This document shows, one piece after another, positions 50,339 through 62,343 of a stretch of 64,000 nucleotides of DNA. The translations under genes were made by a program, and so were the position numbers. The notes beneath the pieces were generated by a model, which saw only the letters and a program-made list of their open reading frames with translations, was not told where the DNA came from and made no database searches. The first letter of the stretch is position 1. Every line of letters begins with the position of its first letter. This DNA is from Thalia democratica (lineage: Eukaryota): positions 6,944,001 through 7,008,000 of the forward strand of contig OZ241830.1 of the NCBI GenBank assembly GCA_965202585.1, read 5' to 3'.

Positions 50339-50692
50339 AATAAATAATAATAAACTAGCAAAAATTCATATAACTTCAGTGACTCACTGAAGTTATATGA
50401 ATTTTTGCTAGTTTATTGTCTGTTGGTAGATTAGTTTTTGCACAAGCCGTTTTGTACGATTTTTGATAGTTTCAAAATTACGTCATAATCTATTTATGCA
50501 AAAATTTTCTTACCTTCATTAGTGATTTTGTTTTGTGCTTTATTTTAAACTTGTTTTGAAGCTGATGAGTGAGTAATCACGAAACTCGAGTTCTTTGAGT
50601 TTTGCATCTTTAAATAAACCTTTTTATTAATGAAGCCCTCAAGGTGGGCTCAGTGTGAAAAATTTAATTTATTAAGTTAAATAACTTAATTC
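50339..50692 (+). mobile_element. Penelope-like element terminal (pLTR-type) fragment inserted in a (TA)n tract
   Basis: Absent from the paralogous site near 11775. It contains a hammerhead core and a perfect 5' inverted repeat, both typical of PLE ends. Assignment is by structure only. Confidence 0.65.
50555..50599 (+). ncRNA. Minimal type I hammerhead ribozyme motif
   Basis: TTTGAAG-CTGATGA-GTGA(GTAA)TCAC-GAA-ACTCGAGT-T-CTTTGAG: intact CUGAUGA/GAAA core, 4-bp stem II, palindromic stem III (ACTCGAGT), GUU cleavage triplet and a wobble-rich stem I. Confidence 0.72.
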
Positions 50693-52344
50693 TATATATA
50701 TATATGTCTAATATATAACTTTCTAAAGTTTTTTGATTTCTGTAATACCTTTTTATAGTATTAACTAGTTAATTAGCTTACCGTGAAAATTTTCTATACT
50801 TTAAATTATTGTAAGACTATTAACTCTAAAACTAAAAACAAAACAAAAAATTTAAACAGAGTTAATAGTAAATGATATTCATAGTTTTAACTCATTTCAT
50901 TCAAAATCTAACAACAGATTAGTATCTGACAATTATGACTGTTTCAGAAATAAACACATAAAAGCTTAGTTACTCACTCTACCTTGAGACTTCCATACCT
51001 ATAATCTCTCAAGCCAAAATATAAACAACAAGTAAATTGTTTTTGTTTGTTTAACAGAACTATCAAACAATATAAATAATAAGAGCCATGTAATTGTTTA
51101 CCAGTAGGTAGGAAGTTATAAAAATATAGAAAAATTAAATTTAAGGTGTGTTCTTGTACATTAAAATTATTCACGCTGTTTTATATAAATTAAAAGATAG
51201 TTTACACCAGCTTTTTTTAATACAGATTAAAGATTGGTTTTTTAATCTAAACATACGTTTTAAGTTAGAAAGTTTATTGTATCAAACTACTTATATAACT
51301 TTTTTATTGTATTTTAATTTTGTTTTTTAGTTTTCTAGAAAAAAACTTTATATAAAAATAACTTTTAGAGCTGTCTTTGAAAAGAGTTATTAAATTTGAA
51401 ATGTCAAAGTTGAATAGTTAGCTATAATATTATTAAAATAATGCTTATTTCAAAGAAAATCCTAATATTGAGGTGTTCAGAAATTTTGGATCTAAACGGT
51501 AATGTGGATAAATTTATTCATTTTTATAGCGTAGAAGCCAAAGACAACACTGAAAAATAGGAGCTGTAAATATTAACGTAATATATTTTTAATTTGTATG
51601 CTAATTCATTCAATTACAGATAAACTTTTTTTTTCTTGTTATTTTAGAACCAAAGTTGTTGTAGGCTGTTATTAATAATTTACAGTTTTTTAGTTTGTAT
51701 CGTTGCTAGTTTCTTGATGCATTAAAATAAACTAAATGTGCTATTAGAAGAGTGCCTTTTAAAACATTTAACAAATTGTATCTCTTGTAAAGTTAAAATA
51801 TTTGAAAACACATGTAATCTTATTATTTTCATTTAATAAAATTTGAGTAAGTGCAAACTCAGAATAGATTAAAAAGACAATGTAACAAATATAAACTTAC
51901 CCAGTACTTTAGTGCATTTGTTAGTAATTACTTTACTACCTTTTTTATGAGCCCAACTCAGACATGTACTTTTTTTATCTAAATATATATGGGAAAGAAA
52001 TATATACAGTACTTTATATAAGTAACTTAAATTTTAGACACCAACTTGTTTTATAAAAAATAAAATTGTAAATGTAAAATAGTTTTTATTTTTATTACAT
52101 ATTAGGCGATATAATATTATTACAAAAACCTTGATTTAAAAAACAGTGTACGCTTACATTAAAAGCTAACTATATATTATTACTTCTTAACTAGGTTTAT
52201 AAATCTTATAAATATAAAAGAATTTTTAAAAACCGATTTTATTTTGTTTCAATCTTTAACAGGAACTTTCGCAGTTTTTGGTTTTGTTTAATTTGTATTT
52301 AGCTAAAAGTTATGCTAGTATTTAAAAATTTACAAACTAGAAAT

Positions 52345-52842
52345 TAAATAAATTAATAAAAAATAAACAGAAAAATGAAAAATAAAATATTTATGAAAAA
52401 AAAAAGAAAGACTGATCGAGGGTAAGTATTAGGGGTAACATTGATAGTAAAGAACAAATAATAAAAAAAATTATTTATGATAAAAAACATATTAAAAATT
52501 AAAAGCTACCGACTGAGGGTAATGGTTAGGGGTAATAGTGGTAGTAAAAAAAAAGTTTTAAAAAAATTAAAAAAACTAAAACAAAAAATATAAGTTGAAA
52601 AAAAAACAAAAAAAAAAACTTACCGACCGAGGGTAAGGGTTAGGGGAAAAAGTGATAGAAAAAAATATATACATATAAAATTAATATAAAAACTTGAAAA
52701 AAACTATAACTAACTCGTGCAAAATTGTCTACTCGTGCAAAAGTATCTTCATGCAATTTTAAGCACCCGTGCCAAAGTATCTTCATGCAATTTCAGGAAC
52801 TCGTGCAATTTTGTACCCTTGTGCAATTTAGACAGCTACCCG
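52345..52842. mobile_element. Partial copy of the 698-bp MITE (one end deleted)
   Basis: Ends GACAGCTACCCG-TTCTAGTT as at 34942. The other end was removed by a deletion of roughly 600 bp relative to 9480-10095. Confidence 0.8.
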
Positions 52843-54072
52843 TTCTAGTTACGTAAATAAACAATTAGTTTAAAAAGCACAGTAGACTGCTGTATAACTG
52901 CCTAAAAGTTTCTCATTTAATAATATACTAGTGCATTTTACTTTATTATAATTCAAACAACGCAAATTACACATCAGTGTCTTTTTAATTCTTTATATTT
53001 TTAGTATAACTTTTTTATTAGACTTAAGTTCAGGTTAAATTTATTTCAAATATTAGACTTTTTATTTCTAAAACAAGTTTTATTTTTTTATGTAGAATTT
53101 TTTTTAATTAATATTTTGTTAAACCTATTTTCACGTGTTAAACCATAAGAATTTCAGCATTAGAAAAACTGTTTAATAATAAACTAACTTTGTTGTTCTT
53201 AACTTACTTTCAGTTTTAAACTTTAATAAAGTGATTGTAGAAGTTAATCAGATTTCAAATTAATTAGTCAAACAATATCTTTTTTGATTGTATAGTTAAA
53301 GGTTCAAATTAATTATTTCTACTCATATAAGCCAAAACAGTTAACTTAACTACACTGAATTTATAGACAGCCATATATACTTCTACTTACAATAGCTATA
53401 GTTAGATATAATGAAATAGAAAATCTAATACAACAGGAAAGGAAATCAATTGTTTTGCTTATTCATATTACAATCAATAAACATAACTATGCTAAAAAGA
53501 TATACAGCTGTCTGTTTATAAATGTTTTAGTAAGTAAAAATACACTTAGTCAAAACAATTTGTTTAACTAAGAAATTTTAATTTATATATGACAATTAGG
53601 TCAACTTAATTACATTAAAGTTAAAGATACTCACAGTTGAACGTTCGAAACGATGAATTAAATTAACAATTTTGTTTACTTCTTAGTAATACATTATGCT
53701 AAGGCTGTACAACATCGTAATACGTGTTAACATATAATAGACAACAATTAAAAACTTTTCTTTTTTTTCAAAGCAGATTTAATATTGTTATATTAAACTA
53801 ATATAAAGTTTTATAAATCAATTAAGCAATTGAAAAACAAGTGATTTAGTCTGTTGAAAATTTGTTGAGAGTGTTTAAATTCATATAAACAGAACTATTT
53901 AGACTTAACTACATTACATTTATAAAGAAACAAAAAACACAAGTAACATAAAATTATATAATTTTAGCTAAAATAAATGAATAAAGTTATTGGTTGAATC
54001 ATTTTACAAATCGAATATAAAAAACTACAAAAGTTATTGTAAATTCAAGTATAACAAAGTTACAGGTTTGAA

Positions 54073-55032
54073 ATGGCAGTTAATTTTTCATCTAAAACAA
54101 CACGAATTTTGTACCAGAATAGATTTTGTGGACAAGAAAACTTTGATGTTATTTTTTCTGGAAGCACTGCTGTGTTAAAACACTCTGAGGAACGAAAAAT
54201 ATTAAGAATAAGCTCGCGTAATTTAGAAAAAATTGAAACTATATATCATTCAAAGAAACGTTCATACAGTGACACAACAATTTGTGAAAGATCCAATGTT
54301 TGGGTTGTATGCTCCAGATTACCCGTTCGCAGCAAAACTCATCTAAAAGATAATTACAAGCTTGTTGATTCGTTCAGGATTTATCTTGATAAAACTGACC
54401 AATGGATTAACGTAATTCAAACACCTGATGATAGAAGAAGCTTTAGCGCTTGTTCGTTTATGAAAAACATTTATGTCTTTGGTGGATTTACTGACTCACC
54501 ACTTAAACGTTGTTATAAATATGATACAAAAAGGAGTAAGTGGAAATATATAGCCAAAATGAATAAATATAGACATAATGCAGCTTGTACAGTATTCAAA
54601 GGTAAAATTGTCTTGACTGGTGGTTACGATGGTAAAAATAAAGTAGATTTAAACTCAGTAGAGGCACATGATTGTTACGAGAATAAATGGGATTTTCTGC
54701 CTCGCATGATCAACAAAAGATGTCTACATGGAGCAGTTTGTATGGGCAACAAGCTGTTTGTCATTGGTGGAGAGGAAAATGCTACTTGCGAGGTATTTGA
54801 TAGCAGTTCCATAAAGTTCACTAGTATCAAGCAGTTAGATCGCGATTGTTATTATTCTGTTTCCGCGGTCAGTGTTGGTGGTAAAATTTTGATTTTTGGT
54901 TCAGGGTTTAGAGTAGGAGAAGAAAGAATTCGTTCTTATAATGTTGACAAAAATGAATGGTACTATAAAAGTAATTGTTTTACGGAATTCGAAGGAGGTT
55001 TAGTATGTCTTGCAAAGCTTTCTGTTATTTAA
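54073..55032 (+). CDS. K10: Kelch-only protein, 319 aa (N2-CA chimera)
   Basis: Intact ORF with a K2/K5-like N-terminus and K2-like upstream region, and a CA-type C-terminus. Confidence 0.92.
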   Translation: MAVNFSSKTTRILYQNRFCGQENFDVIFSGSTAVLKHSEERKILRISSRNLEKIETIYHSKKRSYSDTTICERSNVWVVCSRLPVRSKTHLKDNYKLVDSFRIYLDKTDQWINVIQTPDDRRSFSACSFMKNIYVFGGFTDSPLKRCYKYDTKRSKWKYIAKMNKYRHNAACTVFKGKIVLTGGYDGKNKVDLNSVEAHDCYENKWDFLPRMINKRCLHGAVCMGNKLFVIGGEENATCEVFDSSSIKFTSIKQLDRDCYYSVSAVSVGGKILIFGSGFRVGEERIRSYNVDKNEWYYKSNCFTEFEGGLVCLAKLSVI

Positions 55033-56004
55033 CAGTTTGAAATCTTAATGTTGCCTGATATTTTTATTAAATATACAATTAATATGTTGTTGTTTGATAT
55101 TGATATACTATTTAAACTCTTTTTAGTTTTCAAATTAAAAAAAAATTGTTGCTGTTTGGTTATTACTATATATTTTGTAGTTGAAATACTTAGTTTTCAA
55201 TAGAAATTGTGGATATTGTTGTTTTGTTTTTTTGTCTTTTCTCTTCAACATAAAAAAAAATCGAATTTGTTAAATTATATAATTAAATCTCGTCATAATT
55301 AATCAAAAAATAGTTTTTTTTTGATATCTTGAGTAGTACAAGTGTTACGGATAAAATTAATTTGATCGTCGGTGAATTCTACGTTATTTATCTTTAAAAT
55401 CTAGCATAAATTTCAACGAAAACAATTTGATGAAAAAAGCTGCTAATTCCTTTATTTAAAATGATAGAATAAACAGTATAGTTTTTTTTTAATATAGTTA
55501 TACTAGTAGTTTTTATGAAACATTATATAAACACTATTTATATTATCTAAAAATGTGTAACGTAAGCGTACGCTGTTTATTGCATTTAAAATTTAATGAT
55601 AGCATTTTGTAACATATTATATAAAACATATAGAAAAAATTTAATTAAAATAATTAAAGTCAAATCAATAGCATTTAGTATAACTGTTTTTTACAAATTT
55701 TTCCATTTACATTTTTAAAGAACATAACTTAATTAGGTAACCTGAAACTCAGATTAAAAGTCATAATGTTCTAAAAAAAATCAGTGCACACTAAGCTAGA
55801 CCGGTGGTTTTAAGTTTAAAAATCTGTGGCATTAAACTAAAATAAAATTTTCTGTGGACCACAAGCTCAAAACTCATCAAAAACTTTTTGACTATTTTAA
55901 ACATTTTTCTTTCAAGTTTAGTGTAAGTTTTTAATTAAATATATCTATTCAGTAAACTTTAAAACAAAAGAAACTACTTTAACAAGAAAACAGTTTATAA
56001 CAGA

Positions 56005-56620
56005 TAACTAAAAGTATCGCACACCACGCGCAAAGCGCGCTTTTGTGCTAGCAAATAAATAATGTTATAAGTAAAAATATTACAAAAAAGTATAAGTTTT
56101 TTAGTTTTGTACTTCGTTTAAAATATTATTACAAAATTGTTAAAATTTAAAAAAACAGTTGTTTAAACTAAGCATAAGAACAGAAACTATAAAAAGAAGA
56201 ATAAATCTTAATATATCTTATCATTTTGTTATATATGAGCTTCATACAAAATGAACTACTAACAGTTTACAATAAATAACTAAGAGTATCGCACACCGCG
56301 CGCGCTTTTGTGCTAGCCGAATAGAGGAAACAAATAATATTAAAGTAAGTATATTACAAAAAGCTAGAAATTTTTTTAAATTTTGAATATTCACGAAAAT
56401 TCTTCAAGTTTTAAAAAACTGCTGTTTAAATTAAGCATTAAAACAGGATAGTTTTATAAAAACTGAAAAACAGTATTTTAACGTTACATGAATCTAAATT
56501 CTTTAACTGAATTCTTACCTCAGAAAGTTCCGCTTTCTTTCGGCTTTGCTTCTCAAAAAAAGCACAAAAGCGCGCTTTACGCGCAATTGTGCGATTTTGC
56601 CTTAAGCTTCGCTTTGCATT
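56005..56620. repeat. Second copy of the GCGC-hairpin/CTAG region, with an inverted third motif
   Basis: ATCGCAC..GCGCG..GCGCGCTTTTGTGCTAGC near 56015-56050 and 56287-56320, and a reverse-oriented copy near 56560-56605. Confidence 0.45.
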
Positions 56621-57822
56621 TACTGCTGTTTTTGTCTTTGCTTATCATCCCATTCTCCCCATAGATTATATCAAATATGTATTTCAAACTTTTATATAAT
56701 TTCTTACAAATTCATGTTACGTCACTAACTCTTTCAGATGTCCATTTTTTGTCAGCACAAAATCGTTCAAAAAAGTTAGCAAAAAATTTGCATAAAACTA
56801 TCATAACTTTTTTTTGACTTAACTATTTAGTTCAATATCTTTGGAACTTTATTTTTAAATTACTTTAATAACGTTAATTGTTAATAGATAAAAGTGTTAT
56901 ACGTTTAAGAATTAAATAAAAAATAACACAACTGTGATAACTAATATTTAAAGCAGAGAAAATTTATGTGCTACAAGAAGAAATCACTTGAAAAACAAGC
57001 TTGTGTCCATCCCAATTAGTTATAAATACTTTTTCGGTTCAGATTTTATTATTTACTTTTGTATTATGTTTTTGTTTACCAACAGGACTGGCTTAAAACT
57101 TACTAAAACTTTGAAAGAGCTTTTTGTAATTAAAAAAAGCGTTTGATAAAACTTTAATCCGTTTGCAAAGTTTGAATGTTAAGAAAAATTATGTCTTAAA
57201 GATTTTGAACACAATAAAGTTGTATTGTGTTCAAAATTACAGTAATTGTTTAAACTAGTTCAAGCATTGCAAAAGACTAAAACCATTTAACTATGCATTC
57301 AACGATCGGCTTTGCCGAGTGATAAGTCCTACTTACCAATTGACTAATATTTCTCTCTACAATTCTTCAGTTTTTATTGATATAATATAAATCAATTTTG
57401 TAAAGTTTGAACGTTATTACTCTTTTTATTAACTCTTTCTCTTTTCATAGTTGTCGCGTTTGACTAATAATATGGTAAGTGTGAATTTTTAAATATTTTT
57501 TACTGTACTAATTCCAATGAAAGTTTAATAGCATATATTCCTTACTGTAATAGCGGTTGTTGCTAACTTTATTAAGTTTGTTTTTTCATTAAGTATTAAT
57601 CGAAACTTTTATTACCTAATTTAAAAACTACTTTATTCGATTTATTAAACAACCTTTTAAAACTGACTATCTTTTTATAACTGCTTAATACATAACTTTA
57701 ACACTTACAATCGTTTTGACATGACAAAGTTAAAAAAAAGTTAATAATAAAAAAAAAAACTAAAAACAGGTGTTCTCTTTTTAGAAAGGTTATATAAAAA
57801 AAATTATCTAGACAGTGAATAA

Positions 57823-58216
57823 TTATCTTGGCGAATTGTTCTTTTTACTCTTATTTTTGTCAACTTTGCGTTTTTTGTCAACTTTGTCGAAGTGATGTAC
57901 TGTGCGCACCACATCACTGGGAAATTTTTCCAAATCAACAACCGCGAATTTCCTGAATGAATCCCTTGAACCTCTTGATCTGATCTGACGCTTTCCGCTT
58001 TGACATCGTTGAACTCCGTCTCGACGTGCTTTGTGACGTAATAGCAGTCGGGAGGTCAGTTTGCCGGTCGACCAGATCGTCGGCATACCTCCCCGTCGCC
58101 CAATGTGCGCGATATCCTTCCTGTCCATGGGGAACTCCCCCGTGTAGTTGCACTTCTCCTTGTCCTGTATTTCGAGCACCTGGTCCGCACCGCCTCCTGC
58201 CTGGCGTACGGGACGA
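57823..58216 (-). other. GC-rich foreign-looking fragment, possibly a decayed viral or Polinton-like D5 primase-helicase piece
   Basis: Sharp GC jump against the flanks. GC3-rich stretches in shifting frames read MDRKDIAHI..STGKL / PDCYYVTKHVETEFNDVK / DQIKRFKGFIQEI, loosely like the D5_N motif. Not verified by search. Confidence 0.35.
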
Positions 58217-59460
58217 TTACTAGTGATTTTTGTTTCTTTATAAATGTAATGTAATTAAGTCTAAATAATTTTGGCTTATATGAATTTAAACACTCTCAAC
58301 AAATTTTCAACTGACTAAATCACTTGTTTTCCAATTGCTTAACTGATTTATAAAATTTTATATTAGTTTTGTATACCAATATTAATTCTACTTAGAAACA
58401 AATTTAGAAAAGTTTTAAAATAATTTTTTAAGTGATGTACATTGTATGTTAATATGTATTACGATGTTGTACACCCAAATCATTATATATCATTAAACTG
58501 TAAACGAAATTATTAAGCTAATACACTGTTTTAAACGTTTAACTGTATCATATCTTTGACTTTGACATAAATATGTACACCTATTTGTTATATATAAATT
58601 AATATGTAGTAGAATTTCTTAGCTAAACAAATTATTAAGACTAAGTGTATTTTTATAACATTTAACAACATACAGCTGTATACCTTTTTTGGCATGGTTA
58701 TGTTTATTGATTGTAATATGAATAAGCAGAACAGATGATTTCAGTTCTTATTGAATTAGATTTTTTACTGATTAGAACTTATTACAGCTGTTTTAATTAG
58801 AATTGTATACTTTTTTATTAACAGTAAATATGACTGTCTATTAATGTAATAAACATCTGATTTCCTTTTTTACATTATAATCAAGATCAGATATAATAAA
58901 CACCTCAAACCTTGATACATTATTCTAAGTCAGTTTGTTTTAAGTGAAACAAGAAGTTTTGAAACCTTTAAATGAGTGATATTTTTTAATGGATAAATAA
59001 AAATCAAACTTAAATTTTTTTTAATCTAATAAAAAAATTAAAAATATAGTAAACGTTTTATAAACTTTGAGGATTGAAGTAAAACAAAAGTAGAAAATAG
59101 TTTATAAGTCTTTGAAAAAACAGATCGTATCAAAATGTATTGTTTCTTGGTATCAATTTATTCAATCTCAACAACTTTTTTATAAAAATATATTTAAATT
59201 ACTGATGTTTGTTTTTGGTTATAACAAATGCAATAAATACTAACCATGTATTTTAATAATAAATAAGAGAAATTAAGGTTAATTAAACTATTAAGTTGTA
59301 AACTAAATATCAAATGTAATTGCTAAACCATGAATTAGGTTATTAATTGACCAAGAATAAACTGGTTTGTGTAAATAAAAGATCATTTGAAAATATCATT
59401 ATGATGCAATGCAAACTACAAACAATATTGATTTTTTAACTGGCCGGCCATGCTCGGTTA
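58217..59460 (-). promoter_or_regulatory. Orphan Kelch upstream region (- strand gene lost)
   Basis: Collinear with the K5 upstream region (about 23070-24180). It breaks at the TTACTAGTGA motif about 110 nt before the expected ATG, directly against the GC-rich fragment. Confidence 0.8.
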
Positions 59461-60096
59461 CTTATCTTAAATATACTTTTTAATTTTACTTTAAATGTGG
59501 TTTGTCGATAATGTTGTACTTACAAACCTAAATTATTTTGTCTTTCAGCTTCATAACTGCCAAATTTGTATGAGAAAATTGCCATACAATTACTCAAGCG
59601 TGAAATTTTAAGTTAAAACTAATAAAAATTTACTTCTCAGAACTCTTAAATTTGGTATTTTTGCAATCCTTGCTATTTTGGTAAGTTTGGTAATAAAAAA
59701 TAGTTTAACAAATAAGCATAAGACAGGCAGCAAAGTTTCCTAACAAACAAAAATTAACATTTTTGTAAATATTCTTTTTCTGCGTTAGCTGTTTTTCAGC
59801 CAAAATCAACGTCGCGAGCTTTTTTTTATTTTATCAACTGGTTGGCTGCATTTGTTGATGGTATAAGCAGCAGTAATACTTATTTTCTTCAGCAATAGTT
59901 AAAAGTTTTAAATCTCAAATAATATTAATTCTATCCAAATAAATTATAGAAACTTTTTATTTTTACTGTAACAAATTTGTAAGTTTTACATTTTTTTCTT
60001 GGTATTTTTATTTTTTGAATATTACAACAGAAACTAAACAATTTTTTACTTAATGCTTATAAATATTTATATTTCTTTAGGTTTAGATTTAATTTT

Positions 60097-60345
60097 GAAG
60101 ATACGAAGCGACATCTGTTCGTCAGAATTAAAGAACATACAAAACCTACAAATAGTGCAGTATATGAACAATGTAGAATCTGTCAGAATCATGATATTTT
60201 TAATTTTTTTGAGGTAATTAAACTTTGTAAAAAAAGAAACATTTTACTTACAGTAGAGGCTATTATAATTAGAAAAATTAAACCTAAAGTTAATTACTAA
60301 CTAGGTCCTGATAAAGGATCTAGAATTACCCTTAACATTTTTGAA
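60097..60345 (+). mobile_element. Penelope-like element GIY-YIG endonuclease C-terminal remnant
   Basis: Translates TKRHLFVRIKEHTKPTNSAVYEQCRICQNHDIFNFFEVIKLCKKRNILLTVEAIIIRKIKPKVNY*LGPDKGSRITLNIF, matching the PLE pattern T.R.L..RI.EH...EA..I....P.LN.Q. One stop. Confidence 0.8.
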
Positions 60346-62343
60346 TTGTCCATTTTTGTTCTAATTATCTATTTTATTTTTTATGATTAATTTGATTAGT
60401 TTTATATTGATTGCCTTTTTAGTCTACTCTTCTTTTGTTTGATTAATTAATTTTTGTGAATATTAATTTTGTTTTGACAAGAAAGTTAGTTAAATTTTGA
60501 AAGCATTGCTCAATAAACCGTTAAAATGAAAAAAAAAACTTTGTTAAGCAATTAATTGGTACATAGATAAAAGGATTTTTTAGATTTTTTTGAACCGGTT
60601 CAGTAATATTGACATAAAGTATGTACTAGTAAAGTATATGGTTTTTTATTTGAACCATTTTATTTCATATTTTCATGTTCTATAAAGGCTTTTTTGAAAC
60701 ACAAACTTAAAGAAACTAGCCAGGATTGAAAAACCTATCATATTTAAGAGTTCTGAAAAGTAAATTTTTATTAGTTTTAACTTAAAATTTCACGCTTGAG
60801 TAATTGTATGGCGATTTTCTCATACAAATATGGCAGTTATGAAGCTAAAAGATAAAATAAAACGAAAGTTTGTAAGTACCACATTAACAACAAACTGCAT
60901 TAATATCGATAATTATCTTTATGACAAGTAACCAAGCATTACCGGCCGGTTAAACACTCTCACATATTGTATGTAGTTTACATTGCATAATGATAACTTT
61001 TTTAAATTTACGCCTGAAAAACAGCTGTTATCTTTTATGTAGACAAAACAGTTTAATCTAGGTCAATTAATAATCTTATTCATGTTTTGGCAATTAGATT
61101 TAATATTTAGTTTACAATGTGACATTTATTAACTATAGTTTTCTCTTATTTATTATTAATATACATGGATAGTGTTTATTGCTTTTTATTAAAAACAGAT
61201 AATAAACATCAGTAATTTTAAAATATTTTTATAAACTAGTAGTTTAACTTAAATAAACTGTACTTACCAGAAAATACAAAGGTGATAAAATTTTGATACG
61301 ATCAGTCATTCAAAGACTTAAAAATTGTTTTCTACTTTGATTTTACTTCAATCCTCAAAATTAATGAAACGTTAAATATATTTACAATGGTTTAATTAGA
61401 TTAAAAAAAAGGTTTTAGTATGACTTTTATTTATCCATTGAAGAAATTCAGACTGATTAAGAACTATTATGTAAGTTTTAAGGTTTATATCATATCTGAT
61501 CTTGATTATGTTGTAACAAAAGAAATCAAATGTTTATTACATTAATAGACAGTCATATTTTACTATTAATATAAAAGAATTTTATTCTACTTACAACAGC
61601 TGTAATTAGTTGTAATCAGTAAAAAATACTAATACAATAAGAACTGAAATCATCTGTTCTGCTTAATCATATTACAATCAATAAACATAACTACGCTAAA
61701 AAGATATAGACTTTATACAGCTGTTTGTTTTTCAATGTTTTAGTAATTAAAAATACACTTAGTTGAAATAAATTGTTTAATCAATACATTCTAATGTATA
61801 TTTGTTTATTTATGACAACAAGGTGAACATATTTACATCGAAATTAAAGAATGGTTAAGATATGATAGAGTTGAACGTTCAAAACAATGAATTAAACTAC
61901 TGCTTAATAATATACAATGCTAAGGCTATACAACGGTGTAATACATATTAACATATAATAGACAACAATTAAAAACTTAAATTAAAGGTTTTCAAATTCA
62001 TTTCAAAAAAAAAATTGGAATTGTTATACAAAACCAGTAGAAATTTATAAATTAATAAAGCGATTGCAAAACATCAACAACATTACAAGTAATATAGTCA
62101 GTTTAAAAAATTTGTTGAGAGTGTTAAAATTAAGATTTAATTTTTAAAACTTATAATTTTTAAAACTATTTGCACTTAAGTATTTCATTTATAACAATTC
62201 AAATATCACTAGTAACATAAAAGTATACAATTCTAGCTAAAATAATTAATTAAAGTTTTTGATTGAATAGCTCTACAAAATCCAATATTTCATAACCACA
62301 CAAGTTACTGTAAATTCAAATACACCAAATTTACAGGTTTAAA

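Larger units (their letters stand above)
46790..57390 (+). repeat. Segmental duplicate of about 5050-17230 with the central cassette inverted
   Basis: 46911-48488 matches 5177-6765 directly, 49416-54072 matches the reverse complement of 7726-12702, and 55990-57390 matches 15820-17230 directly. Confidence 0.85.

Noticed and set aside
57823-58179. 118-aa ORF (and overlapping 72-aa and 65-aa ORFs) as a real gene
   Set aside because: TTG/GTG-type starts, coding-like codon bias jumping between frames, and a low-complexity tail. Better explained as a frameshifted remnant.
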